DNA of 64,000 nucleotides from an uncultured Gemmatimonadales bacterium (GCA_963742755.1 CAVUMU010000002.1:21430-85429); one strand, 5' to 3'; positions 1 to 9,702 are shown, numbered from the stretch's first letter. Numbers and translations are program-made. The notes: generated by a model from the letters alone, not told the origin.

Positions 1-1155
1 GCCTTCGAGCGGGACTTCCGCCGCCGCGTCGCCGCCGACCCCAAGCTCAAGGCTCGTTACGGCACTTCGTGGGACGCGATCGCCAGCGCGCAGAAGGAAC
101 AGGCCGCCATCGCCAAGCAGCAGCGCTGGTACAGCTTCAGCGGGTCGCCCCTGCTGAATGTGGCCGGCGGCATCGTCCGGGTCCCGGAGCAGGCCAAGCT
201 ACCCGACTCGCTCCGCCTGCCGCAGTATCGCGGTGGGGGACTCGAGCTCATTCGTTCCGCTCTGCTGGGACAGGCGCCGAGCGATCCGGAGCAGGACAAG
301 CAGATGCTCCAGGCCTGGCTCACCGAGGCCGGCAAGGATCTGCCCCGAAACGATCCCTTCCTCAAGGCCTTCCTCGGCGGACGCAGCCCCGAGGTCGCGG
401 CCGAGGCCGCGGTCAACGGCACTACCCTGGGCGACTCTGCCGCACGCGCGGCCCTGATCGAGGGCGGGCCCGCGGCGGTTGCCGCATCGAAGGATCCGCT
501 CGTGGTCCTGGCCCGGAAGCTCAATCCCATCGCCATGCGGGTGCAGCAGCGCGCGGCGCGCCTGGGCGACGTGGCCTCCGCCAACGCGGAGAAAGTAGGC
601 CAGGCGATCTTCGCCGCCTACGGCCGCTCGCTCCCGCCCGATGCGACCTTCAGTCTCCGGATCAGCGACGGGGTGGTGAAGAGCTTCCCCATGAACGGCA
701 CCATCGCGCCCTACAAGACCAGCTTCTACGGCCTCTACGGCCGCTCGGCGGAGTTCGACGACAAACCGCCGTTCCGGCTGCCGGAGCGCTGGAAGACCCA
801 CCGGGACCGGCTCGACCTGGCCCAGCCGCTCGATTTCGCCTTCACCGGCGACATCATCGGCGGCAACTCGGGAAGCCCGGTGATCAACCAGAACGCCGAA
901 GTGGTGGGCCTGGTCTTCGACGGCAACATCCAGCAGCTGCCCAACCGCTTCCTCTTCACCGACGAAGTGGCGCGGGCGGTGGCGGTGCACTCCGAGGGAA
1001 TCATCGAGTCGCTCCGGAAGGTCTATGAGGCGGACCGGATCGCAAACGAGCTGGAGGGTGGCATGACAGGGGTGAAGCGGGTGCCGTACCGGCCCGACAG
1101 TTTGCGGCCGGCGCCGGCGCCGGCGAGGGATACTACTGGTGCTGTAAGGCGGTAG
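1..1155 (+). CDS. S46 family serine peptidase (dipeptidyl-peptidase 7/11-like), C-terminal part; 5' end outside window
   Basis: Frame 1 is open from base 1 to TAG 1153-1155. The catalytic-serine block 'TGDIIGGNSGSPVINQNAEVVGLVFDGN' is present. The listed ORF 160..1155 is only the first in-frame ATG. Confidence 0.8.
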   Translation, partial: AFERDFRRRVAADPKLKARYGTSWDAIASAQKEQAAIAKQQRWYSFSGSPLLNVAGGIVRVPEQAKLPDSLRLPQYRGGGLELIRSALLGQAPSDPEQDKQMLQAWLTEAGKDLPRNDPFLKAFLGGRSPEVAAEAAVNGTTLGDSAARAALIEGGPAAVAASKDPLVVLARKLNPIAMRVQQRAARLGDVASANAEKVGQAIFAAYGRSLPPDATFSLRISDGVVKSFPMNGTIAPYKTSFYGLYGRSAEFDDKPPFRLPERWKTHRDRLDLAQPLDFAFTGDIIGGNSGSPVINQNAEVVGLVFDGNIQQLPNRFLFTDEVARAVAVHSEGIIESLRKVYEADRIANELEGGMTGVKRVPYRPDSLRPAPAPARDTTGAVRR

Positions 1156-1164
1156 GAGAAGTCT

Positions 1165-1215
1165 GTCACCCTGAGCGAAGCGAATCTTCGGCTCCTTCGC
1201 TGCGCTCAGGATGAC
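1165..1215. repeat. REP-like palindromic element, copy 1 (GTCAYCCTGAGCGAAGCG... hairpin); probable bidirectional terminator
   Basis: Arms gtcaccctgagcgaagcgaa (1165-1184) and ttcgctgcgctcaggatgac (1196-1215) are near-perfect inverted repeats. The element sits between the convergent stops at 1155 and 1218. Related copies occur at 15373-15412 and 17289-17358. Confidence 0.8.
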
Positions 1216-1217
1216 AA

Positions 1218-1928
1218 TCAGAGCAACCGATCGAACGTACGAATAACCGGGTGCTTACCAGCTGTCGGCGCTGTCCCCGGTTTCCGCACGCACAGCGCCG
1301 TTTGCATGCCTGCCGCCAGTGCCGCATCGAGCTCCGCGCCGATGTCGGAGAGAAAGAGCACTTCGGAGGGCAAGCGCCCGAGGGCAGCCGCGATGCGCGC
1401 GTAGCTCTCGGGCGCTGTTTTTGGTCCGGTCGTGGTGTCGAAATAGGCGCGGATGAAGCGCGTCAGGTCGCCGGTGTTCGTGCTCGAGAACAGGGATCGT
1501 TGCGCCTGCACACTGCCGGAGGAAAAGATGGCGATGTCGATTCCCTGACCACGCCACCGCTCCAGGGCAGGGGGGACGTCGGGATAGACCTCGCCCTTCA
1601 GATCCCCCGCCCGGTATGCCTCCTCCCAGAGCTTCCCTTGAAGCGACTTGAGTCCGGTGGACTTCCGGTCCCGGTCCATCAACCACTGCACATAGGCCAC
1701 GACCGCCGCGGTGTCATCGCGCCACGGGGGTGGGCCAGCCTGAGAAGATTCGGCTTTGTGCTCGGTCTTGAGCTGGGCGACATCGGCCCGGACCTGAGGA
1801 TCGGTCCAGTGCCGCTCGAGAAATCCACTCACCCGGGCCCGGGCCTGGCCGAACAGGGTCTGGTGGACGAAATCGATGGGCGTCGTCGTGCCTTCGATGT
1901 CCAGCAGGACGGCGACTACGTTCTTCAG
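1218..1928 (-). CDS. mtnC: Enolase-phosphatase E1 (HAD family, methionine salvage); start probably CTG 1928
   Basis: HAD motifs: '[14 protein letters not shown]' (encoded upstream of the listed GTG start at 1832), 'IFSSGS' and 'FLSDI'. It lies directly downstream of mtnD. The start assignment is inferred; see findings. Confidence 0.75.
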   Translation of the reverse strand: MKNVVAVLLDIEGTTTPIDFVHQTLFGQARARVSGFLERHWTDPQVRADVAQLKTEHKAESSQAGPPPWRDDTAAVVAYVQWLMDRDRKSTGLKSLQGKLWEEAYRAGDLKGEVYPDVPPALERWRGQGIDIAIFSSGSVQAQRSLFSSTNTGDLTRFIRAYFDTTTGPKTAPESYARIAAALGRLPSEVLFLSDIGAELDAALAAGMQTALCVRKPGTAPTAGKHPVIRTFDRLL

Positions 1929-2497
1929 CGCGACCGAGCCCGGAGCGGGATGTACGTGGGGCCCAGGCAGAGCGGCTGATAGCCCTGGTCGGCGCCGCTC
2001 TGGGTATAGTGGGGCGTCCAGCCCGATTTGTCCTGGAAGAGCCGGATGGCCCTGATGTCGCGGTCGCCGCAGAGGTCGAACCAGTGCCAGGTGCCGCGCG
2101 GCACCCGGATCAGGTCACCGGCTACAACCTCGATGGCAAAGACGGGAACGCCGGCTTCCTTGGGGTGGACGTGAAACAGGCCCCGGCCGCGGACGATGAA
2201 GCGCACCTCGTCCTCGTCGTGCCAGTGCTCGGTATTGAACTTGGCCAGCATGGCATCGAGACCGGGCGTCTCGGCCGTAACGTCGATGACGTCGGCCGTG
2301 ACGTAGCCGCCCCGCGCCTTGAGTCCCTCGATCTCCGGCGCGTAGGCCGTGAGCACCTCGTCGGCCGAAGCTTGCGGCGGCACCCGCTCTTGCCCGGGCC
2401 AGCGCTCGTAGTCGATCCCTATCTGAGCCAGGAAGCGGGTCACCTCGTCCTGGTCGGTCAGGGTGCGATTCTCGTCGGGGATTCTCACGGTTGCCAT
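1925..2497 (-). CDS. mtnD: Acireductone dioxygenase (ARD, cupin)
   Basis: Cupin metal-binding block '[22 protein letters not shown]' and 'GTWHWF'. It sits between mtnB and mtnC. Confidence 0.9.
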   Translation of the reverse strand: MATVRIPDENRTLTDQDEVTRFLAQIGIDYERWPGQERVPPQASADEVLTAYAPEIEGLKARGGYVTADVIDVTAETPGLDAMLAKFNTEHWHDEDEVRFIVRGRGLFHVHPKEAGVPVFAIEVVAGDLIRVPRGTWHWFDLCGDRDIRAIRLFQDKSGWTPHYTQSGADQGYQPLCLGPTYIPLRARSR

Positions 2498-3105
2498 GTC
2501 GTGCCTCGCTTTCGCCCTATCATTTCGAACAGAAACTCCAGTATCTCCAGTTGGCGCTTTGCCCCCGCAACATCCTTTCCCCAGGTGTAGAGCCCATGCC
2601 TGCGGATCAGGAAACCGTGCGAGTTCGGGTGCTCAGCGAGCATTGCCTCTACCTGGGGCACGGCGGCCGGCCAATCCTGGGTGTTGTCGAGGATGGGCAG
2701 CCATTCCCGGTGCTCGTGGGTGGCCACGCCGTCCAGCCCCTTCAGCATTTCGTACCCTTCAATGGCCAGGCCGTCCGCCTTGGCCCCATCCGAAAGAATT
2801 GTGCTCCAAATCGAATGGGTATGCAACACCGCCCCGGCCCCGCGCACCCGCGCGATGGCCAGGTGGAGACTCGCCTCGGCCGATGGGCGGCCCGAGCCCC
2901 CCACGACCGTGCCGTGTTCGTCGATCTCGACGATCTCGGCAGCCGAGAGAATACCCTTGTCCACGCCGCTGGTTGTGATCGCGAGGCGGAGGGGGTCACG
3001 ATCCAGAACGGCGCTGAAGTTACCACTCGTGCCCAGCACCCAGCCGCGGGCATGACACTGGCGCCCGATCTCGGCCAGTTGGGCGGCCAGCCCGGCGAAG
3101 CTCAT
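2485..3105 (-). CDS. mtnB: Methylthioribulose-1-phosphate dehydratase (class II aldolase/adducin fold)
   Basis: Motifs 'GTSGNFS', 'RPSAEASLH' and 'VLHTHS'. It overlaps the mtnD start by 13 nt. Confidence 0.85.
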   Translation of the reverse strand: MSFAGLAAQLAEIGRQCHARGWVLGTSGNFSAVLDRDPLRLAITTSGVDKGILSAAEIVEIDEHGTVVGGSGRPSAEASLHLAIARVRGAGAVLHTHSIWSTILSDGAKADGLAIEGYEMLKGLDGVATHEHREWLPILDNTQDWPAAVPQVEAMLAEHPNSHGFLIRRHGLYTWGKDVAGAKRQLEILEFLFEMIGRKRGTTWQP

Positions 3106-3116
3106 GGGTCAAGGAT

Positions 3117-3140
3117 AGGCGGTACGGCGGTACGGCGGTA
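3117..3140. repeat. Tandem octamer array (GGCGGTAC x3) in a divergent intergenic region
   Basis: ggcggtac ggcggtac ggcggtaa read directly. The reverse complement recurs at 49598-49619. Confidence 0.85.
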
Positions 3141-3160
3141 AGGGTGACATATTCCAGGCC

Positions 3161-3784
3161 ATGACGCCCAGCGATCGTCTCCCCCACGGCCAGGCCCTCA
3201 CCAGGAAATGGCCGGTCCTCACCTACGGCGACACGCCCAGCGTCGACCTCGAGACCTGGACCTTCCGCTGCTTCGGCCTGGTGGATTCGCCGATCTCCTG
3301 GACCTGGCAGGAGTTCCTCAAGCTGCCGCGGGTCGAGGTCACCTCGGACATCCACTGCGTCACGCGCTGGAGCAGGTTCGACAACCGATGGGAGGGGGTG
3401 GCGGTCTCGGAGATCCTCCGCCGAGTGGGGGTGCGGCCCGAGGCGGTGGCGGTGATGGTGCACGCGGAGGAGGACTACACCACCAACCTGCTCCTGAGCG
3501 ACCTCGCCAGCGAAGACGCGCTGCTCGCCATCAAGCACGACGGTGAGGACCTGCCGGCCGAGCATGGCGGCCCGTGCCGGCTGGTAGTGCCGAAGCTGTA
3601 TCTCTGGAAGAGCGCCAAGTGGGTGACTGGTTTCGAGTTCATCGACGTGAACGCGCCCGGCTTCTGGGAGGTGAACGGCTATCATCTCCGGGCCGATCCC
3701 TGGAAGGAAGAGCGCTATTCGGCCCAGGAGACCGATGCCATGCAGCGAATGCGGACCGCGGCGGCGCGGCGGCGGAGTCGGTAA
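3161..3784 (+). CDS. Small sulfite-oxidase-fold molybdopterin-binding oxidoreductase (YuiH-like)
   Basis: 'TSDIHCVTRWSRFDNRWEGV' carries the conserved Cys ligand context. 'HGGPCRLVVPKLYLWKSAKWV' is also present. Confidence 0.8.
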   Translation: MTPSDRLPHGQALTRKWPVLTYGDTPSVDLETWTFRCFGLVDSPISWTWQEFLKLPRVEVTSDIHCVTRWSRFDNRWEGVAVSEILRRVGVRPEAVAVMVHAEEDYTTNLLLSDLASEDALLAIKHDGEDLPAEHGGPCRLVVPKLYLWKSAKWVTGFEFIDVNAPGFWEVNGYHLRADPWKEERYSAQETDAMQRMRTAAARRRSR

Positions 3785-3818
3785 AGGGCGGGCATTTCAA
3801 TTCTAGAGCGTACGCCGA

Positions 3819-5369
3819 TCAGGACGAGGGTTCCCCTGTTAGCCTGCGGTAGATCTCCTGCACCGATTCAATCGTGTCTGCCTCCCCCGCCGTCTTGTCG
3901 GCCCGATACCGCTTGATCCGGGCGAACCGGAGCGCCACCCCACCGGGATATTGCGTGCTCGCCTGCACCTCGTTGAACGCCACCTCCACCACCAGCTCCG
4001 GCCGCACGTAGACGATGATCCCGTCGCGGGCGATCTCCAGCTCCAGCAGCTTCTTCGTCTGCCACTCGAGCACCTCGTCGGTCATTCCCTTGAACGTCTT
4101 CCCCAGCATCACGAACCCGCCGGCCGGATTCCGGGCGCCGAGGTGGAGGTTGCTGAGCCAGCCGTGCCGCCGCCCGTGGCCCCACTCGGCGGCCAGCACC
4201 ACGAGGTCGAGCGTGTTGGCGGGTTTGATCTTGAGCCAGCGGCGGCCGCGGTGGCCAGCTTGATACGTTGCATCCAATGCCTTGGCCATGATCCCCTCGT
4301 GGCCCTGCTCGATCGCCGTGCGGAGAAACCGGTCGGCCTCGACGCTCGATGCCGTCACTAGCCGGGGAACCACTGTCGGGGCGGGTGCCAACCGGTGTAG
4401 TGCCGCGAGACGCTCTCGAGCGGGTGCGTCCATCAGCGAGCCGCCATCGAGGTAGAGCAGATCAAAGAAAAACGGGGTGAGAGGAACCTCCCCCCGCGCC
4501 CGGTCGACGTCGAGCCGCTTGCCGAAGCGGCTCATCGTCGTCTGAAAGGGATGAGGAGTTCCGTTCCCCCGGAGTGCGATCACCTCACCGTCGAGGATGA
4601 GCTCGCGGGCGGGCAGGGAACGGACCAGCTCCACCACTTCGGGCACCGCGGCGGTGACCTCGTTGAGCCGGCGGGAGTAGACCGCCACCTGGTCGCCGCT
4701 CTTGTGGATCTGGATCCGGGCGCCGTCCAGCTTGTACTCCAGCGCCGCCTCGCCCAGCTCCTTGATTGCCACGGCCGGGTCTTCCGCCGAGCCGGCGAGC
4801 ATGGGATGCACCGGCCGGAAGAGCTGGGTCGTGAACCCAGACAGCTGGACCGCATCGCCGCTCAGCGCGGCCTTCGCCACGACGGACACGTCGCCCGCCA
4901 TCATCCGGGCCCGCCGCACACTCTCGGCCGGGACTCCCGCCGCCTTCGCTACCGCCTCCAACATCAGCCCTTCGACCGCACCCTGGCGGAGCTCGCCGGT
5001 GACTAGCCGGAAGAGGAAGCTCTGCTCCTCGTGGGTGGCGCGGGCGAGCAGCTCGCGCAGCAGCCGCTGCCGCTCGCCGGTCGACCCCTTGCCGGCGCCC
5101 ACGCTCGCGATCCGGGTGAGAGTCGCGTCCACCTCGACCAGCTCCAGCGAGGGCGACTCCGGCGCGGTCTCCGGCATCGCGGCCTGGAGCGCGGCATAGC
5201 CGACCCCGATTCTCGATTGCCGAATCGATCCGGAAAGAAAGGCCACCGCGATCTCGATCTCTTCGGGGGATGACTGCGTCAGCAGCGAAGCTAGGAAGCG
5301 CACCTTCTCGAGTCGGCCGCTTACTTCGCTTACGCTACGGGAGGTATCTACGAGGTCAGCCAGCTTCAT
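3819..5369 (-). CDS. ATP-dependent DNA ligase (Lig1/LigB type with N-terminal DNA-binding domain)
   Basis: Adenylation motif I 'EYKLDGARIQIH', 'ILDGEVIAL', 'EGIMAK' and an OB-fold tail 'RFARIKRYRADK'. The ATG at 5369 is 1 nt from the upstream permease stop. Confidence 0.9.
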   Translation of the reverse strand: MKLADLVDTSRSVSEVSGRLEKVRFLASLLTQSSPEEIEIAVAFLSGSIRQSRIGVGYAALQAAMPETAPESPSLELVEVDATLTRIASVGAGKGSTGERQRLLRELLARATHEEQSFLFRLVTGELRQGAVEGLMLEAVAKAAGVPAESVRRARMMAGDVSVVAKAALSGDAVQLSGFTTQLFRPVHPMLAGSAEDPAVAIKELGEAALEYKLDGARIQIHKSGDQVAVYSRRLNEVTAAVPEVVELVRSLPARELILDGEVIALRGNGTPHPFQTTMSRFGKRLDVDRARGEVPLTPFFFDLLYLDGGSLMDAPARERLAALHRLAPAPTVVPRLVTASSVEADRFLRTAIEQGHEGIMAKALDATYQAGHRGRRWLKIKPANTLDLVVLAAEWGHGRRHGWLSNLHLGARNPAGGFVMLGKTFKGMTDEVLEWQTKKLLELEIARDGIIVYVRPELVVEVAFNEVQASTQYPGGVALRFARIKRYRADKTAGEADTIESVQEIYRRLTGEPSS

Positions 5370-5370
5370 T

Positions 5371-6540
5371 CTATCTCAACGCTTGAACCACCGGCATCCT
5401 CGCCGCCCGCCAGGCGGGGAAGAACCCGCCCACCAGTCCCATCACGACGGCGAAGCACATTCCCGCCAGCAACAGTCCCGGCGTCACCCGGAAGCTGAAT
5501 GCGATCTCGCTGAAGCTGGCCCAGTTGGTGGTACTGGTGACGATGCCGTTGATCGGCAGCGCCAGCAGTGCGCCAATCACGCCTCCTACCAGCGCAATCA
5601 GCGCCGATTCGGCCAGAAAGCTGGCCAGCACACTCCTCGGGTGGAAGCCGAGCGTCAGCAGCACCGCGATCTCCGAGCTACGCGACGCCACCGCGGCGTA
5701 CATCGTGTTGATCGCGCCGAAGATGGCGCCGATCGCCATGATGCTGGTGATCAGCAGTGCGAGGATCGTGAGGATCCGACCCAGCAGCTGCGACTGCTCG
5801 GCGTAAAACTCCGATTCACGGTGGACATCCACCGTGAGCCGCCGGTCGGCCTCCAGCGTGCGCTTGGCCTCCTCGAACGCCGCCGGATCCTTGAGGCGGA
5901 AGCTAACCGACTGGAACGCCTCACCCCGGAACACCGGCATGAACTGCTCGTTCTCGCCCCAGATCTCGGACTCGAACGCGGATCCATTGGCGCTGAAGTG
6001 GCACACCACGTTCCAGTTGCGCCCGGCGAACCGCATGGTCTCGCCGACGCCGGTATTGTTGAATCGCCCCGCGGTCTTCTTGCCCACGCAGATCTCCGCC
6101 TTGCCCGATTCCGGTTTCCGGCCGGCGTCGACCACCACGTTGCTCCGCACCGTCCAGGCGGCTGGGCTGATCCCGCGCACTACCACGTTGGCCAGGCTAT
6201 TGGTGTCCGCTGCACCCGCCCGCGGCAGCGGTATGATGACATACACCTCAGGACTTACCAGCGGGCGGCCGTCCGCCCCGCTCGCCACGTGCGGCGATGA
6301 CGCGAGGATGCTGGTCGCCTGGCGGTCCAGGCCGCTGGACAGCTCGGAATCCGCGCCCCGGCGCAGCACCAGCACGTTCTGGCTCGATCCCGTCCGGGTG
6401 AGCGCCGCGCGGAAGCCGTTGGCCAGTGCCAGCATACCGATAAAGACGGCCACGACCAGCCCGATCCCCAGGGCGGTGAGCGCGGTGGAGACCGGCCGCT
6501 GCAGCAGACTCCGCGCGTTGTAGGTGAGAGGGATCTTCAT
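5371..6540 (-). CDS. ABC transporter permease, FtsX/MacB-type
   Basis: The real start is 'MKIPLTYNARSLLQRP' (ATG 6540-6538), in an ATGA overlap with the upstream permease stop. The protein has an N-terminal TM, a periplasmic domain and a C-terminal 3-TM FtsX block. The listed ORF to 6942 adds a low-complexity R/G/D-rich 134-aa extension that overlaps the previous gene. Confidence 0.85.
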   Translation of the reverse strand: MKIPLTYNARSLLQRPVSTALTALGIGLVVAVFIGMLALANGFRAALTRTGSSQNVLVLRRGADSELSSGLDRQATSILASSPHVASGADGRPLVSPEVYVIIPLPRAGAADTNSLANVVVRGISPAAWTVRSNVVVDAGRKPESGKAEICVGKKTAGRFNNTGVGETMRFAGRNWNVVCHFSANGSAFESEIWGENEQFMPVFRGEAFQSVSFRLKDPAAFEEAKRTLEADRRLTVDVHRESEFYAEQSQLLGRILTILALLITSIMAIGAIFGAINTMYAAVASRSSEIAVLLTLGFHPRSVLASFLAESALIALVGGVIGALLALPINGIVTSTTNWASFSEIAFSFRVTPGLLLAGMCFAVVMGLVGGFFPAWRAARMPVVQALR

Positions 6541-7679
6541 TCGACCGTCCTCAGCGCCTGGACTATCGGGAGCCGCGCGGCCCGTATCGCCGGGACCAAT
6601 CCGCTGGCCAGCATCAACAGCAGGGCGACGCCCGCTCCCAGGAGTAGCGTCTTCGTCGTCACGTCGAAGCCGGGCAGGAAGCCCGCCGCGTTGAAGTTGC
6701 TGGCCTGGTAGAGCAGCTTGGCGCCGCCCAGTCCGATCACCGCACCGGTCAGGGTGATGATCGCCGTCTCCAGCATCACCAGACCGAACAGCCGGAGATC
6801 GGTGAAGCCGATGGTCTTCAGCACGGCCACTTCCTTGGTGCGCTCCCGGGCGCTCATCATCATGGCGTTGGCGGTCACCAGCAGGATGGCAAACACCACC
6901 GCCATTCCGATCGTCCCCATCAACAGGCTGACGTTCCCCCACATGGTGGCAAAGCTGGCGTTGAAGGCCTGCTCGGTGCCGGTCTTGGTCGGGGCGCTCG
7001 AGTTGCGGAACTGGTCGTCGACCATCTTGCCCACGCCGGCGGTGTTGTTGGGATCAGTGATCGCCAGGACGTACCAGCCGGCGAGACCCGGACGGCCGGT
7101 CTTCTCCTCCAGATACTCATGATGGAAGATCAGCATGTCGTCGTTGATCACCGCGTCAGTTGGCGTGTACACCCCGCGGATGGTGAAGGTCCAGTCGCCC
7201 GGGAAGATGGTGCCCTGAATGGTGATGTTCTGGCCCAGCTTCCAGCCGAACACATCGAGCAGCCGGCGGCCGATGATGGCCGAGGTGCGCTCCCTGAGGA
7301 AGGCTTGTTTCTGATCTTCCGGCAGGCTGATCTCGGGATACATCGCGAGATACGAGGTCGGGTCTACCGCAAACTGGGCGAAGAACCGCTTGCCGTCGCC
7401 GTAGCGGCCGCCGAACCAGTTGGCCCAGGTCACCGCCTCGATCCCCTGGCCGGCCTTGAGCCGGTTGGCGTAGCTCAGGGGAAGTGGGAACACGAGGCCG
7501 GTGGCGTTGGTCACCACCATCCGCCGGGCGCTGCCAAACTGGGCGGCTCGAGCAAGCGTGGTGACGACGGTCCGGAGCGAGGCGAACAGGAACAGCGCCA
7601 GCGCCACACTCGCGACCGTGAAAAACACTCTGCGCTTGTGCCGGCCCAGGTTGGCCAGCACCAGGGGAAAGAACCTCAT
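6537..7679 (-). CDS. ABC transporter permease, FtsX/MacB-type
   Basis: '[17 protein letters not shown]' N-terminus and a C-terminal FtsX-like TM bundle. It has an ATGA overlap with the ATPase stop (7676-7679). Confidence 0.85.
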   Translation of the reverse strand: MRFFPLVLANLGRHKRRVFFTVASVALALFLFASLRTVVTTLARAAQFGSARRMVVTNATGLVFPLPLSYANRLKAGQGIEAVTWANWFGGRYGDGKRFFAQFAVDPTSYLAMYPEISLPEDQKQAFLRERTSAIIGRRLLDVFGWKLGQNITIQGTIFPGDWTFTIRGVYTPTDAVINDDMLIFHHEYLEEKTGRPGLAGWYVLAITDPNNTAGVGKMVDDQFRNSSAPTKTGTEQAFNASFATMWGNVSLLMGTIGMAVVFAILLVTANAMMMSARERTKEVAVLKTIGFTDLRLFGLVMLETAIITLTGAVIGLGGAKLLYQASNFNAAGFLPGFDVTTKTLLLGAGVALLLMLASGLVPAIRAARLPIVQALRTVE

Positions 7680-8365
7680 AGCGCCACCGCGTGCCGCTCG
7701 ATCAGGTTCCCCTTCTCCAGGTGGAACACCGTCCTGGCTCGTTCCGCCGCGTGAGCGTCGTGGGTAACAATCACGATGGTCTTCTTGAACTCGTCGTTCA
7801 GGCGCTCGAGCAGATCCAGCACGTCCCGCGAGCTCTTGGCGTCGAGCTGCCCGGTGGGCTCGTCGAGCAGGACCAGCGTCGGATCGGCCACGATCGCCCG
7901 CGCGATGGCTACTCGCTGCTCCTGGCCACCGGAGAGCTGGCGAGGATAGTGTTTCATCCGGTCGCCCAGGTTCACGACGGCGAGGGCGAGCTGAACCCGC
8001 TCATCCCGCTCCTTCTTGGAGAGCCGGGTGAGCAGCAACGGCAGCTCCACGTTCTGATAGGCGGTGAGCACCGGCAGGAGGTTCAAGGTCTGAAAGACGA
8101 AGCCGATATGCTGCGCCCGCCAGGGCGCGAGTTGGCTCGGTGTCATCGCGCTCACCTCCGACCCCGCGACCCGGATCGTCCCGCTGGTCGGCTTGTCCAG
8201 TCCGGCCAGGAGATTGAGCAGGGTGGATTTTCCGGATCCCGATGGCCCCATCAGTGCGGTGAACGAGCCCTCGGCGATGTCCAGCGTGAGGCCGGTGAAG
8301 ATCTCGATGCGCTCAGTGTCGCGCTGGAAGGCTTTGTGGACGTTACGGATTTCTACCAGTCCCAT
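7676..8365 (-). CDS. ABC transporter ATP-binding protein (MacB/LolD-like)
   Basis: Walker A 'GPSGSGKST', signature 'LSGGQEQR' and Walker B 'LVLLDEPTG'. Confidence 0.95.
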   Translation of the reverse strand: MGLVEIRNVHKAFQRDTERIEIFTGLTLDIAEGSFTALMGPSGSGKSTLLNLLAGLDKPTSGTIRVAGSEVSAMTPSQLAPWRAQHIGFVFQTLNLLPVLTAYQNVELPLLLTRLSKKERDERVQLALAVVNLGDRMKHYPRQLSGGQEQRVAIARAIVADPTLVLLDEPTGQLDAKSSRDVLDLLERLNDEFKKTIVIVTHDAHAAERARTVFHLEKGNLIERHAVAL

Positions 8366-8413
8366 GTAGAGTTCTCGATGTTAGAGATGAATGCTGTGGG
8401 CTGGGATCTATGA

Positions 8414-8454
8414 GCTATGGGGTAGGGGCAAAGCTCTAGCCCCTAGCCCATAGC
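8414..8454 (-). other. Intra-operon stem-loop directly after the adaptor gene stop
   Basis: gctatggggtaggggc (8414-8429) pairs with gcccctagcccatagc (8439-8454): 16 bp with 1 mismatch and a 9-nt loop. There is no clear U-tract. Confidence 0.5.
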
Positions 8455-9702
8455 CTATTCCACCTTTACCCGCATCCCCGCCTTCGGATTATCCACCCCA
8501 CCAACCAGCAGCAGCTCGCCGCCGGCCAGGCCGGCCCGAATCTCGCGAAATCCGCCGCTCACCGGCCCGCCCTGAACCACGCGCGGCTCAAGCTTCCCGT
8601 TCCGGACCAGCCATACGACGGCTTCCCCACCCGCTTCGCGCACAGCGGCGGCCGGGATCCGGAACCGAAGCGGCCCCGCCGTCGCCGGGCGGGCCCCTCG
8701 CGCGGTGTCGGCCAGAAAGTCCACCCGGGCGCCCATCTCCGGCAGGATCCGGGGATCGCGATCCACGATGCTCACCTTCACCTGCACCGTGGCGCGCTGC
8801 CGGTCGGCGGTGGGCACCACCTGCCGTACCTCACCCCGGAACGAGGTGTCGGGATAGGCATCGAGCATGATCTTCGCCGGCTGGCCGTTGGTAACTCGGG
8901 CGATATAGGCCTCGTTGACGTCGACCTCCACCTCGAGCGTGGTCAGGTCGGCCATGGTGACCACGGCGCCGCGAGTCAATCCGCCTCCTACCGACGGCGC
9001 CACCACCTCGCCGACCTCCGCGTCCTTCCGCAGCACGGTCCCAGTGAACGGCGCGCGGATGATGGTGTTCTCCAGGTTGGCTCGGGCAAAGCTCCGGTTC
9101 GCCACCGCCGACTGGATCCGGGCCGCCGCCGCCTGAGCCCGCGCCGCTGCCTGGGTCTCGCGGCTTGCCGCTGCATCGTAATCCTGCTCGGCGACGATCC
9201 CCGGGCTCTGGGCCCGCATGGATCGCAACCGCTCCGCCTCGCTGGCCGCCACGTCGCGCGCCGCTCGGGCCTCGGTGAGATCGGCGCGGCTGGTGAGCAG
9301 TGCCGCCTCCGCCTGGGCGGCCTGGGCCCGGTAGTCGTCGTTATCCAGTATGGCGATGATCTCCCCCTTCTTGAGGTTGGATCCTTCGCTCACCCGGAGC
9401 TCGGCGATGCGGCCGGCGAGCTTGGCGGCGACCGATGCCCTGGTGCGCGCGACCACATAGCCGTTGGCCGTCACGCTGGCTCCCGCCGAGCCCGGTTCCC
9501 CTCCGCTCGCGATCGGGGTGGCCACCGCGGTCTGAACTGAGACAGCGCCTCCGCGACCCAGCAGGAGGACCGCCGCGACGATGGCGAGTGCCAACAGGCC
9601 GAGGGCGACATTCCGGCCCAGGGCACGGCGCACTGGCGCTGAGTCTAAGTCGCGATTGATCCTGAGCTTGGAGAGATCGGGAGGAACGGGTGGGGAGGTC
9701 AT
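8455..9702 (-). CDS. Efflux periplasmic adaptor subunit (HlyD/MacA membrane-fusion family)
   Basis: N-terminal TM, a lipoyl/biotinyl-like segment 'GRIAELRVSEGSNLKKGEIIAILD', a coiled-coil hairpin and a beta-barrel tail. It is the first gene of the ABC operon. Confidence 0.9.
   Translation of the reverse strand: MTSPPVPPDLSKLRINRDLDSAPVRRALGRNVALGLLALAIVAAVLLLGRGGAVSVQTAVATPIASGGEPGSAGASVTANGYVVARTRASVAAKLAGRIAELRVSEGSNLKKGEIIAILDNDDYRAQAAQAEAALLTSRADLTEARAARDVAASEAERLRSMRAQSPGIVAEQDYDAAASRETQAAARAQAAAARIQSAVANRSFARANLENTIIRAPFTGTVLRKDAEVGEVVAPSVGGGLTRGAVVTMADLTTLEVEVDVNEAYIARVTNGQPAKIMLDAYPDTSFRGEVRQVVPTADRQRATVQVKVSIVDRDPRILPEMGARVDFLADTARGARPATAGPLRFRIPAAAVREAGGEAVVWLVRNGKLEPRVVQGGPVSGGFREIRAGLAGGELLLVGGVDNPKAGMRVKVE

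Noticed and set aside
69-1028. Long ORFs (69..1028 +, 199..990 -, 57..584 -) overlapping the S46 peptidase reading frame.
   Set aside because: These are typical high-GC shadow ORFs with R/G/P/A-rich, low-complexity translations. Frame 1 carries a clear serine-peptidase active-site block.
6541-6942. 134-aa N-terminal extension of the permease ORF 5371..6942.
   Set aside because: The extension overlaps the upstream permease gene, is D/R/G-rich and has no membrane character. The ATG at 6540 sits in a classic ATGA junction and gives a normal FtsX-type N-terminus.
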